Of a DNA stretch of 64,000 bases, positions 28,087-37,420 are shown piece after piece. The stretch lies in IMG/VR virus record IMGVR_UViG_3300032061_000001, positions 1 through 64,000 of that record, one strand, 5' to 3'. The notes under the pieces were generated by a model. The model saw only the letters and a list, made by a program, of their open reading frames with translations. It ran no database searches and was not told the DNA's origin. Numbering within the stretch: position 1 is the stretch's first letter; the number at the start of each line of letters is the position of its first letter. The translations under genes and the position numbers were made by a program. The stretch comes from a virus.

Positions 28087-28187
28087 GAGAGCGGGCAGGA
28101 TTCTTACCTGCAACAGCTATACGCTGATTTATGACACTGTAACGATTGAGTACGTACTTGGTGTATGTCTTTTCCACCACCGCTCCC
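28087..28187 (-). ncRNA. tRNA-like element (degenerate tRNA, no canonical anticodon arm)
   Basis: Acceptor GGGAGCGG/CCGCTCTC, Leu-type D arm TGGTGGAA..ATACAC, T arm GCAGG-TAAGAAT-CCTGC. Confidence 0.55.
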
Positions 28188-28190
28188 ATG

Positions 28191-29189
28191 TTACTTTTTC
28201 TTTTCTGAATCAAGAAACCCTTTGTACTGCTCAATCAGCTCATAAGTCAATTGAGCTTCTTTTTCGTTCCTTGTCCGGAGAGCATTCTGTTTTTCATCCG
28301 GTTTTGGGATCTTTTTCTCCGAGATAAGTGTTTTGATTGCTTCCTGATATTCCGGATCGTCAATAACTGTCCCAAGCTTTTCAACAAAAGATATCTTTGG
28401 TTTAGAGGTGTCCGCCATGATGTTTTTACCACCGGTGACCACTTCTCCTTCAACTGGTTTTTCATCCGGTACAGGGATATCTCCTTCAATGACTAGCTTA
28501 CCTGATATTCTGGTTAATACCCGGGAAAAGAGTTTGCTTTCTGCCAGACCAACCAGCTTGTCGATGCCAGAATATTGGTCAAACTCGACATGAATGACGC
28601 AAACATCATCACCATATCCAATCGATTGTTCAACCCCGTTATTAAACCACTTTGCCTGACATCTCATCATCGCCACGGTGCCGTCTTTTTTTGGTCCCCC
28701 GACTGTATGAGTAAACTTCTTTACGAGATCATTAATCTTCCGGTGTTTACCATTCTTGACCGGCATCCCTTTTCCATTAATAATGTTGATCTCATTACCG
28801 GTGAATCGGTATCCTTCCAGCATAGGAGGGATCAAAGCCTCCACAATGTCTTCATAGGTATAAGGATGCTTTTGCCATTGCGGGGATGATTGTTTGGCAT
28901 TGTATTTTGCCAATGATTCAGGCGATCGGTCCGTCAAAAAACCCAACGTCGAATCCTGCATTGTCTCAACGAGTTTTTTGACGTCTGGATTTTGAAAGAA
29001 TTGTCTCAGCGAATTAAGCCCATTGGCGATTATCAAGGAGTCCTGAAGCGTTTGAACTGCTTTTGCGGTTGCTGGTACACAAGAATCTATTGTCGCCTGC
29101 ATGGCATTTAATGTTTCTTCCGGAATGGTTATCGGCCCGGGTATTTCTCTTTGTTGCGTTTTTTGAATTGATTTGTTTACCATATTCAT
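28191..29189 (-). CDS. putative single-strand annealing / recombination partner of the RecE-like nuclease
   Basis: Position after the exonuclease; GNEINIING motif; start revised to MNMVNK. Confidence 0.45.
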   Translation of the reverse strand: MNMVNKSIQKTQQREIPGPITIPEETLNAMQATIDSCVPATAKAVQTLQDSLIIANGLNSLRQFFQNPDVKKLVETMQDSTLGFLTDRSPESLAKYNAKQSSPQWQKHPYTYEDIVEALIPPMLEGYRFTGNEINIINGKGMPVKNGKHRKINDLVKKFTHTVGGPKKDGTVAMMRCQAKWFNNGVEQSIGYGDDVCVIHVEFDQYSGIDKLVGLAESKLFSRVLTRISGKLVIEGDIPVPDEKPVEGEVVTGGKNIMADTSKPKISFVEKLGTVIDDPEYQEAIKTLISEKKIPKPDEKQNALRTRNEKEAQLTYELIEQYKGFLDSEKKK

Positions 29190-29199
29190 TTGATTATCC

Positions 29200-30225
29200 T
29201 CAATAGGTTTCCGGTTTCCGCATTGCAATGGTGTCAATGCCTGTTTCGGGGATCTCATAACCAGTCCAGATTGAATTATCTCTCATCCATCTCGCTTTGT
29301 TCTCTAAAGCTTTGCGGTAATCATACCAACCAGCTTCCATATCCCAATCAGGGAGTTGAATCACCCTAACCTTTTCTTTCGCAGGTTTTATCGTTTCCGC
29401 GAATATCAGCCTAAAATAAACAGGCTTAAGAGTGAACCTAGACACAACAGACTGATACATAGCGGCCTGGATGTCATAGCGCCACTTCCAGCAAGCTTTT
29501 TTAATGTTGCTATCGGTTGCCACATCTCCGATTGATTTCCAATCGTTTATCCAGATTTCATCCTCGAATTCAATTAATTCATCCGGACGGACTCTTACTT
29601 TGACGGGGACGGTAACTCCATCAATATCGACATCAACGGTCGAAAAGAATGAAAGTTCTGCATGTCCCTTATAGCCAAGCAATCGACTTGTCACCGGATT
29701 TCCACGTATGGCTTCAACCATTGCTTGTGAATTGTTATAATTCTCAGTCGTCACTTTTTGCTTTCCATCCAGAAATATTTCTTCAAGTTGGTTGGCAAGC
29801 TCATGAAGCTCATCACGCGAGGTTGCTTTTGCCGTCATTAATGCCATATCCTTTTCGTATTCTTTTCCATATACAATAGGATAATACTTAAGAATAAAAC
29901 TGGCTGCATCTGACTTATCTCGTTTTCCCCAATTATCAACTACGCGGGAAAACTCTGAGAGATCTTTTCCTGTTCGCAAGGCTTCCATAGAATCATGAAA
30001 AAGCGTACCGAATGCCATAGCATCCGTTGACTTCTTTTCCATATCAAGCCAATGTTTGATCGTAATGAGAAGCAGTTTGACTGTTGTGCTGCTCTCAGAT
30101 TCTGAAAATGAATGATATTGCTCATTCGGCAATCCGGAATAGATCTTCCCATATTCCGGTTTGAATGTAGCAAGATCGGAAGGTTGTAAATGAATTACCT
30201 GATCACTGATTGATTTCAAATCCAA
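29200..30225 (-). CDS. RecE / exonuclease VIII-like PD-(D/E)xK nuclease (DUF3799)
   Basis: LPNEQYH..S.T..K, AMAFGTLFH, RVRPD..INDWKS, YDIQAAMY. Confidence 0.85.
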   Translation of the reverse strand: MDLKSISDQVIHLQPSDLATFKPEYGKIYSGLPNEQYHSFSESESSTTVKLLLITIKHWLDMEKKSTDAMAFGTLFHDSMEALRTGKDLSEFSRVVDNWGKRDKSDAASFILKYYPIVYGKEYEKDMALMTAKATSRDELHELANQLEEIFLDGKQKVTTENYNNSQAMVEAIRGNPVTSRLLGYKGHAELSFFSTVDVDIDGVTVPVKVRVRPDELIEFEDEIWINDWKSIGDVATDSNIKKACWKWRYDIQAAMYQSVVSRFTLKPVYFRLIFAETIKPAKEKVRVIQLPDWDMEAGWYDYRKALENKARWMRDNSIWTGYEIPETGIDTIAMRKPETY

Positions 30226-30250
30226 ATTTAACTCCTATATTAAAGTTTTG

Positions 30251-30282
30251 TTTATAATCTATTACTTTATTAAGAACGTCAA
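30251..30282 (-). promoter_or_regulatory. promoter with shared operator
   Basis: TTGACG followed by ATAAAGTAATAGATTATAA, 19 bp identical to 32185-32203; -10 spacing ambiguous. Confidence 0.6.
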
Positions 30283-30290
30283 CAAAAAAG

Positions 30291-30902
30291 TTAAGCCATA
30301 AGATATTTATTCTCTATGATTAATCGCGACCATGCCACTTCATAGCGCAGATGAACTATTTCTTCATCATCTTTTTTAGGTTGTACCGATAATTCAGTCC
30401 CGCATTTGTGGTGTGCCCAAACTGTTAATCGATCATCAATCTTTATTGCCGTCCCGGAACCATATTTCATCTTATAATATGGAACTTCACAATGATGAAA
30501 ATAACAAGTTCCATCATCAGGAAGGGCACATATCCAACATTTTTTTTCATCGGGTATTTGAAGGTCGTGTAAGCGAGGTCTTGAATTATGTATTTTGGAC
30601 GTTTTTGGTTTATCGCCAGGCTTTCCTGTTTTTCTTGGGGATAAGATATCAATAGATCTGGGCCATGTAGGTTTACGGAGATAATTTGCATCGGGACCCG
30701 GATCATTCCCCACAATCGACAACATTTCATCTGGATCTATTTTCAATGACCGTGACAGGATAACTATTTCGTAATTTGTAGGAAACATATCGTTGCAAAG
30801 TGAATCTATTCTATTTTTTGGTAGTTTAGATTCTTTGGAAATGTCTCTTCTAGTTTTACCAGAATCACGGATCTTCTCTTGGAACCATTCATGAAACTGC
30901 AT
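30291..30902 (-). CDS. XRE-type HTH fused to a Cys/His HNH-like domain
   Basis: N-terminal KTRRDISKESKLPKNRID..P..EIVILSRSL; C-terminal CWIC..HH..HHKC. Confidence 0.55.
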   Translation of the reverse strand: MQFHEWFQEKIRDSGKTRRDISKESKLPKNRIDSLCNDMFPTNYEIVILSRSLKIDPDEMLSIVGNDPGPDANYLRKPTWPRSIDILSPRKTGKPGDKPKTSKIHNSRPRLHDLQIPDEKKCWICALPDDGTCYFHHCEVPYYKMKYGSGTAIKIDDRLTVWAHHKCGTELSVQPKKDDEEIVHLRYEVAWSRLIIENKYLMA

Positions 30903-31215
30903 TTAATTTCTCCTTTTCGGATTCCATGAAAAAAACGAGAGCACTTTCAAAATCAAGTTTAATATCTTCCCCTGGTTCTTCGATTTCATATTCTTTATTC
31001 GGTGACCATAGGAACCATTCATAATCCAGCACCTTCTTAAACAAGATTTCGCCTGAGTCATCAGATGCAACCATACAATCTTCTTTTTCATAGACAGAGA
31101 GATTATGTTTCTTGACCAACGTTTTAAATTTCCGATCGAGAAAAGATCTTTGTTTGTGACGTTTTGCTGTCCAAATTTCATGACTTTCGGGACCAAACAA
31201 TGTTATCAATTTCAT
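30889..31215 (-). CDS. hypothetical protein
   Basis: Co-oriented overlapping ORF. Confidence 0.5.
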   Translation of the reverse strand: MKLITLFGPESHEIWTAKRHKQRSFLDRKFKTLVKKHNLSVYEKEDCMVASDDSGEILFKKVLDYEWFLWSPNKEYEIEEPGEDIKLDFESALVFFMESEKEKLNAVS

Positions 31216-31655
31216 TAAACAAACTGTAATATACGTTCTACCTGGATATTGAATTCAGCCTCAGACATTCCAGGCAACAAAATATCAAGATGAGCAAGCA
31301 TATGATCTACCGTTCTTGAGAATAGTTTTGTGAATTTAGGTTCTGACATTGATCTGAATGATATCGATTCCGGAAATTCTCTGATCTTCCCCTCATAATC
31401 CCTTCCAATTTCAACACTCCCGATATCCATTTGGATCAGTTTGATTAAATAATGAGCTGATTTCCAATTGCGATTTCGATACACAACTAAATTGATAAGA
31501 GCGAAATATTTTTTTAAGAACCCATAATTACGCTCTTTCCAGGGAATGACTTCGAACTTCTGCCCAATCTTAAATGAATCAAAAATTCTCTTTGCGTCAT
31601 CATCTATTGGTTGAGCGTATCCTGGTGTTTTCTCAAGAAATATTACATCTGACAA
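31215..31655 (-). CDS. DUF1367 / NinB-like protein
   Basis: RN..FLKKYFAL, PESISFRSMSEPKF.KLF. Confidence 0.75.
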   Translation of the reverse strand: MSDVIFLEKTPGYAQPIDDDAKRIFDSFKIGQKFEVIPWKERNYGFLKKYFALINLVVYRNRNWKSAHYLIKLIQMDIGSVEIGRDYEGKIREFPESISFRSMSEPKFTKLFSRTVDHMLAHLDILLPGMSEAEFNIQVERILQFV

Positions 31656-31906
31656 GCTGTTTCCTTCTTTTTAAACCGTTTTGAGATTTCCCAAATTGCC
31701 ATTATAGCAATCAATCCAATGACCGTCAGAGCGTTTTTCATACACTTATACCAATCTTTTCCAAATACCTTTTATTTTAGCTTTTAGAATTCCCCTGGTA
31801 AGCTTTTCTTTGGAAAGTGTCGGCTTACCATCTTTCCCAGATTGTACTTTTACTTGTAATGCCTCTTTGAGAAAAGGGGATGATGGTTTTAACTTTTTAT
31901 CATCCA

Positions 31907-32149
31907 TTATTCTTTTCCCCATACTTCTTTCATAGACTTTCCAATTATTTCGCAGATCCGTTGTTGAATCCTGCGTGACGTTTGACGTCTATGAATTACT
32001 TGGTTTACAGCCGATTGTCGAACTGGCGGATCAAGATTATCCGCGATATCCGTCTGGGTTACTTTTGCGAGTTCGAGAAGTTCCTTAATTTTATCCGCTG
32101 ACATTCCCGGAATTAAAGTTGATTTATAAGTTTCTGTTTCTGTATGCAT
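31907..32149 (-). CDS. Cro/Ner-like HTH regulator
   Basis: VTQTDIADNL..VRQSAVNQVIH..SRRIQQRICEIIGK..EVW. Confidence 0.8.
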   Translation of the reverse strand: MHTETETYKSTLIPGMSADKIKELLELAKVTQTDIADNLDPPVRQSAVNQVIHRRQTSRRIQQRICEIIGKSMKEVWGKE

Positions 32150-32183
32150 GGCTCCTCTTATTATTTTAATAGTGTTTTCTATA

Positions 32184-32213
32184 CTTATAATCTATTACTT
32201 TATAGACTGTCAA
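32184..32213 (-). promoter_or_regulatory. sigma70 promoter with shared operator
   Basis: TTGACA-gtctataaagtaatagat-TATAAG. Confidence 0.75.
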
Positions 32214-32230
32214 CAATAAAAATTGAATGA

Positions 32231-32617
32231 TCACTTCATTTTGTAAAATTCAAGATCTGTCATATTAGGGAAATTCTGATCAATGTATGCTTGATAGCTT
32301 GCTTCTCCGATGTATCCATATCCGCGATCGATCTTTTTAAGATCTCTTATTTTGTAAATTTTTTCTTCGACTTGGTCGATAATACCGACCTGGACAATAT
32401 CATCCTTCGTTAATTGATAAATATAATAAATACTTCTTCCATTTTGATCGATGGAAACCCAAAGCCGCTTATGAATTATTTTAGGGGATTCGGGGACATT
32501 CTGCTCTTTTGTCTCTTCGATGGCTGGCTTATCTTTTGTGAATGGAATCCAACCAGCCATACAAAATCCGGGGATAATTAATAAAATAACTAGTATGATT
32601 GATTTCCTCATTATCAA
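32231..32617 (-). CDS. secreted hypothetical protein
   Basis: Signal peptide RKSIILVILLIIPGFCMA. Confidence 0.6.
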   Translation of the reverse strand: MIMRKSIILVILLIIPGFCMAGWIPFTKDKPAIEETKEQNVPESPKIIHKRLWVSIDQNGRSIYYIYQLTKDDIVQVGIIDQVEEKIYKIRDLKKIDRGYGYIGEASYQAYIDQNFPNMTDLEFYKMK

Positions 32618-33285
32618 TCACCCCAATTCAAAGGAACCGAGAATGAAATTGAAACAACAGAAAAAGATCCGTCTCCCTGTATTTTTGAGATGTCTTTACT
32701 GTCTTGCCCTTTCAATTTAGCGTCAATAAACCGATATCCCAAGACGATCTTATTTTTACCGATGGGGACATCGACCGATATTCCCCTCTCAACCGCAACA
32801 TCCAAATCCGGTTCTTCACCATTTTCGTTTTTGAGGAATATCTTCCCTCCCCCTGCAAAAACAGCAACCGTTGGCATCACATAAACACCAATCCCTCCAA
32901 AAATCATCTGCGAAGACCATTTCGGGTCATAAGCTGATCCATAAACTTTTGCCTTATCAGCGGCTCGGACCCCATACCAAATATATGCATATAATGTGGA
33001 TGACAGATTATGTTTTAATTCCAAATCATAATTATCCGTCCTTACCGCATAGCTTCCTCCAGATGGAGAATCGAGTATTCCCATCCTGAAATCAATCTCG
33101 AAATCGGGACGCTGGATTAATTCCCTTGGAGTATCTGCATATACCGGGCATACGTCTTTCTTTGGATTGATAATCTTTGTAACTTTTGTTTCGACTGTAT
33201 TATATGCGTTCCCAACAGCACTCATTTGAGCAAATGCTGGAAATGATAAGAACAATGCTATTAACAAAATAATGAATTGCTTCAT
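32614..33285 (-). CDS. outer-membrane beta-barrel-like protein
   Basis: Signal peptide AFA, alternating amphipathic strands, C-terminal SISFSVPL. Confidence 0.6.
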   Translation of the reverse strand: MKQFIILLIALFLSFPAFAQMSAVGNAYNTVETKVTKIINPKKDVCPVYADTPRELIQRPDFEIDFRMGILDSPSGGSYAVRTDNYDLELKHNLSSTLYAYIWYGVRAADKAKVYGSAYDPKWSSQMIFGGIGVYVMPTVAVFAGGGKIFLKNENGEEPDLDVAVERGISVDVPIGKNKIVLGYRFIDAKLKGQDSKDISKIQGDGSFSVVSISFSVPLNWGD

Positions 33286-33349
33286 TGGTCTCCTTTTTTG
33301 AGTTTAAAAAGTTACGAGATTATCACATGTTGATTCTAATTGTTATTTC

Positions 33350-34540
33350 TTAATGGAGAGGGGTTAGTGAATTGCAAGCCGATTCTACCTCTGTCGTGTC
33401 TGGTGTGGCATCAGCATTGTCAATCTGAACTATCACAGGGGTGCTGTCGGAATAACGGGTTCCGCAAAAAATTACCACATCGCTTGTTGAATCGGTATAG
33501 GCTGCAAGATGTGTAATATTATTACCAGAATTTATTTGTGTCGCTGTAGGGCCAATTATATCAATTCTCCATAAACCTTTTGGATATAAAGATGCTGTAC
33601 TAGATGACGCATATAATTTTGAATCTGAATTTGACAGTCTAAAATTAGTTGCGCTCATCGGAACCGGGAAAACAAATTTTTCAGCATCTGTTGATTCGTC
33701 CCCCGTTGAATAAATATTTTTTTCATTGCAGACAAAATACCCATTCGATGACAATTCCATACTGCGACAGCTTGACGCATTGCTTAGTTCTCCAAGATAT
33801 ATATCATATGCGCTACCAGAATGGGTACAATACCACGCTATATATGCATTTAATTTAGCAGGAATCCCGTGGATATTCCCGTCTTTCATATACCATTTTT
33901 GAAAATCGCCCCAAGACGATTGGGGAGTTCCGACCATAAATCCGCTCTCCCATTCAAAAACAAATTTTCTTACACTAGCATCAGCATTGATATACGTATC
34001 TGTACAATAAGGATTATAATCAGAAGAATTAAAATCATAATTATCATTAAGTGAATGCAACGTTCCGTTTGTTTCTCGATAATTAACAGAATTTCCATAA
34101 ATGATGACCATTTCACCGTTTTGGTTAATGGCAAATTGATCGGCATTGGTGAAAAAGTTATCTGAATATGTATCATTTGGGTTGATAACCAGCGCCCGCA
34201 TTTCATTCGATTGATTTCGGTAATAAATCGTTGAACCGATCTGTCGAAAATAGGGAGAATCAATCATTGAAGATGATGGATAAGCCCTCAATGGCAATTC
34301 AACCGCTGAGTCATCAGGACGTACAAATGCTGTTGTTGTATCTCCACTTGCATCGATAAATTCAACAGCTGCAACAAAATCGGATGAATATTGAATCCTG
34401 TAACCTGCTACTGCTGTTTTTCCTTCTCCACCTGTAATAGGAACTTCGGAAAGCTCCCAGCCAGTCAACGTAAATAAACCCTGCGAATATGCTGGAATTG
34501 AAAGCAGCAATGCTACTAAAAAAATAAATAACTTTTTCAT
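33350..34540 (-). CDS. secreted beta-rich protein
   Basis: Signal peptide MKKLFIFLVALLLSIPAYS; Ser/Thr/Asn-rich with several Cys. Confidence 0.6.
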   Translation of the reverse strand: MKKLFIFLVALLLSIPAYSQGLFTLTGWELSEVPITGGEGKTAVAGYRIQYSSDFVAAVEFIDASGDTTTAFVRPDDSAVELPLRAYPSSSMIDSPYFRQIGSTIYYRNQSNEMRALVINPNDTYSDNFFTNADQFAINQNGEMVIIYGNSVNYRETNGTLHSLNDNYDFNSSDYNPYCTDTYINADASVRKFVFEWESGFMVGTPQSSWGDFQKWYMKDGNIHGIPAKLNAYIAWYCTHSGSAYDIYLGELSNASSCRSMELSSNGYFVCNEKNIYSTGDESTDAEKFVFPVPMSATNFRLSNSDSKLYASSSTASLYPKGLWRIDIIGPTATQINSGNNITHLAAYTDSTSDVVIFCGTRYSDSTPVIVQIDNADATPDTTEVESACNSLTPLH

Positions 34541-34548
34541 AGTCCCCT

Positions 34549-34728
34549 CTATTTGAAAACCAGATTATTTTTCCCCGATAATTCAATTCTTGTGATCGGG
34601 TTTTTAACAGTTGTGTATTGAGCTTCTGTTGTCCCGTTCTCGTTATTCCCGCTATCAGAATTTGAATCAGCGCAAGAATACAGAAACAAAAAGGCCATTA
34701 TTGCCAAGGCAATCAATAGTTTTTTCAT
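34549..34728 (-). CDS. small lipoprotein
   Basis: Not in the track (59 aa): MKKLLIALAIMAFLFLYSC-ADSNSDSG; RBS AGGAGG. Confidence 0.65.
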   Translation of the reverse strand: MKKLLIALAIMAFLFLYSCADSNSDSGNNENGTTEAQYTTVKNPITRIELSGKNNLVFK

Positions 34729-34757
34729 GCTTCCTCCTATGTTTTAATTTATTTGTA

Positions 34758-35243
34758 TTATGGGGTAGCATTTGATATTTTGTCAATTATTTCCTGCAAT
34801 TTTGCTAATCTGCCATTATTGAAAGCAATGAATTCGTCCGGTGTTATCTCTTCTAAATCACGCCTTGAAAGCTGGAAGGCCAGTTCTGATTTTGGGTATC
34901 CATTATCAGTCATGTAATTGTCTTTCAATTGCTTTGCAAGGTTTTTGTTTGTTTTTGCTGCAAACAGCTTTTGATTATACTCGGCTTCTTTTGCTTTCTT
35001 TCGTTCTTCGGCTTCTTCGGAGTCGATTTGTTCTTTAGTTCGTTCGTCAAATTCAAATCCTTCTCTGATTGCCTGCTCTAACCAAGGATATTTGATTGTC
35101 ATTTTTGATGATTTTAGAGCGGCTCCATTGACTCTATTTGCATGCTGATTGATCAGATCTTTGTATTGATCTATTACCGACTGAATTTGTTCTGCTGTAT
35201 CGAATCCTTGGTATTGTCCTGAGTATATTTTCATTGTTTCCAT
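34758..35243 (-). CDS. putative tail fibre assembly/chaperone protein
   Basis: Overlaps the end of the fibre gene; positional call. Confidence 0.45.
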   Translation of the reverse strand: METMKIYSGQYQGFDTAEQIQSVIDQYKDLINQHANRVNGAALKSSKMTIKYPWLEQAIREGFEFDERTKEQIDSEEAEERKKAKEAEYNQKLFAAKTNKNLAKQLKDNYMTDNGYPKSELAFQLSRRDLEEITPDEFIAFNNGRLAKLQEIIDKISNATP

Positions 35244-37417
35244 GCTCCAAAACGGTTAACACTTATTGGCTGTGTTTGTGATCCTGCTCTTGGGGTTCCA
35301 TTTGTGCCATCATCAAATGGATATAATCCACTTGAAGATCCTTGTGACCCCGTACTGAGTTTTGAGATTGCATAACCACTCTGAGTATTACCTGAATTTA
35401 CGTTTCCAGGATCAGCCCCCACCCCATAATATACCGTTGACGCCACATTAGCTCCAATCTGAAATTGCTGAAATGCATCAACAGCATAACTAATACCAGT
35501 ATTCCCACCCCAATCAATCGTAAGATCACCGCTTGAAGTTACAGAAACAGGATCACGGCTTTCTGAATCAATCAGGAAAATACTATTGTCGTCTGTATCA
35601 TTGTGAACTATTTTTGAGATGACGGTTGTTTTCGGGGTTCCACTTCCATATTGTGGTATATTTTCGCCAGCATCGTATACTCTGCACCCAACTTTAACTT
35701 TTAAAATATCTGCATCTGATATTCCTGAAATTTCAGCACTTGCAGATGACGTATAAGTTGATATAGTTGTTGCAGATCCTAGTGTTAATGGATGTGTCCT
35801 TGTATGAGGATTAGGGTCTACGGTTCCGTCTCCAAGAGAAACGGGTCTGATAAAACGACCACCGTCCGCCGCTGTTGTAAGATATTTCCAGTTTGATGGT
35901 GAATCTAATGGGTTCCAGCAAGGGCCTATCTGTAAAGTTTGGCTACCTCCAAGATATTTCCACATGTCACAAAAACAGTTCTCGCCATCGTTAGAACCTA
36001 AATCCGGAATCCCATTATTCCAGTTTCCATTCTCATAAAGAATGTAAGGATCTCTTAGTTCAACCGGAGTAAAAAAGAAAGTTGGGACATCCCCGGAAAA
36101 GATAAGCTTTCTATTTAGCCAGATTCTATTTTTGAAACCTCTGTTTTTGATGTAACGCCATTGCTCAAGTGTTGCGTCATCAAGGGTTGATGGGAGAGGC
36201 ATTGATGAAAAATCTTGATCCGTTATTAGATCAATTTCACCATTATTCCCATGAATGATTATTGGATATGGGACTCCGCCACCCTGATCGCCAAGTGGTA
36301 TTACAAAATGGCGATCCACATCGATTTTTGGTCTAAGGTAAGTATCTGGAAATTCCAGATTTGCGGTTAGTTCTTCGATTGATTTTATCTTGGTCCAATC
36401 CCCCGTTATTGGCGTTCTGATAACGTCCCCTTTAGTTTTAAAAAGCTTTGTCGCCGGATCATAACTGACATATTTTTCAGATTCGCTATAATTAGCAAGC
36501 TCTGATGTCGTCATGACCACCATATCTGGCTGATCCAAATATTGGATGTCTTGCCCCTTTAAATGCAAGTTTCCATTATCAAAATAGGATCCGGAAAAGC
36601 TCGCTCCCTCTTCAATTATAAAACCAGTTCCCTTAATCACAAGCGCATGGCAGACACCATTCAGAATTAGGCTACCAGTACCGGTCAGATATAAATCGCC
36701 GGAAGATTCTCCTGATAATGTCAGATCATATGCTCCAATGTCTATTTCCGTATCTGGATTATCCATATAGAATTTGACATCGGTTGTGATTTCTCTGCTT
36801 GCCGTTAATCCAACTCCATCAATGAATAATAATTTGTCACCATCGGCAAGAGCAGCAATAAATGTTGTTTCAAGATTTGTTACCCTTTGATTCGTTAATG
36901 AGGGTCCGACAACAATATCGGGATGGATATGTTCTGTTTTTCCGAAAAGAGACGATTCCGTTTCTGAAATAGTATTGTAGAAACTGATTATATAGAGCAC
37001 ACCATTTCCCAGTAGACTATAGCCAATAATGATAGCATCTTCAGGAGTTACTGCCCCCTGTACCGTTGAATTTGATAGGTATCCATGTACTATTGCGCCA
37101 CCGCTGGTTATATATGACACATACCATCCATCATCCGATAAGGCATATGGGCCTGCTGCCGAAATAGTAACTTTTGTTCCATTGACATATACAACACCCG
37201 AAGATGTATTAATGGCATTATTCCCCCCATCTTGGGAAATGACACATCCGGATATAACACCATTATTTTCGGCATGATTCTTTTCCAGAAAATCATCAAT
37301 ATATTCTTCGAACCATTGATGATTAAAATAATTTGGCAATAAGGGGAGATGCCTAGCACGACCCCTAAAAGTGGTTCTAGTTGTTCCTGTCGGATTATAA
37401 TAAGAATAGTCTACCAT
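35231..37417 (-). CDS. tail fibre protein
   Basis: Baseplate-anchor N-terminus (GVISGC..GVVYVNG), collar-like GRFIR..DP, C-terminal DAFQ..DGTNGTPR..TQP. Confidence 0.75.
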   Translation of the reverse strand: MVDYSYYNPTGTTRTTFRGRARHLPLLPNYFNHQWFEEYIDDFLEKNHAENNGVISGCVISQDGGNNAINTSSGVVYVNGTKVTISAAGPYALSDDGWYVSYITSGGAIVHGYLSNSTVQGAVTPEDAIIIGYSLLGNGVLYIISFYNTISETESSLFGKTEHIHPDIVVGPSLTNQRVTNLETTFIAALADGDKLLFIDGVGLTASREITTDVKFYMDNPDTEIDIGAYDLTLSGESSGDLYLTGTGSLILNGVCHALVIKGTGFIIEEGASFSGSYFDNGNLHLKGQDIQYLDQPDMVVMTTSELANYSESEKYVSYDPATKLFKTKGDVIRTPITGDWTKIKSIEELTANLEFPDTYLRPKIDVDRHFVIPLGDQGGGVPYPIIIHGNNGEIDLITDQDFSSMPLPSTLDDATLEQWRYIKNRGFKNRIWLNRKLIFSGDVPTFFFTPVELRDPYILYENGNWNNGIPDLGSNDGENCFCDMWKYLGGSQTLQIGPCWNPLDSPSNWKYLTTAADGGRFIRPVSLGDGTVDPNPHTRTHPLTLGSATTISTYTSSASAEISGISDADILKVKVGCRVYDAGENIPQYGSGTPKTTVISKIVHNDTDDNSIFLIDSESRDPVSVTSSGDLTIDWGGNTGISYAVDAFQQFQIGANVASTVYYGVGADPGNVNSGNTQSGYAISKLSTGSQGSSSGLYPFDDGTNGTPRAGSQTQPISVNRFGAWKQ

Positions 37418-37420
37418 TGT

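Noticed and set aside
28087-28187. Functional tRNA-Leu or tRNA-Sec
   Set aside because: No canonical 5-bp stem/7-nt loop anticodon arm, no D-loop GG, T loop is not UUCRA; kept only as tRNA-like
35231-37417. Diversity-generating retroelement or invertase shuffling of the tail fibre
   Set aside because: No reverse transcriptase, invertase or second copy of the fibre 3' end seen in the window
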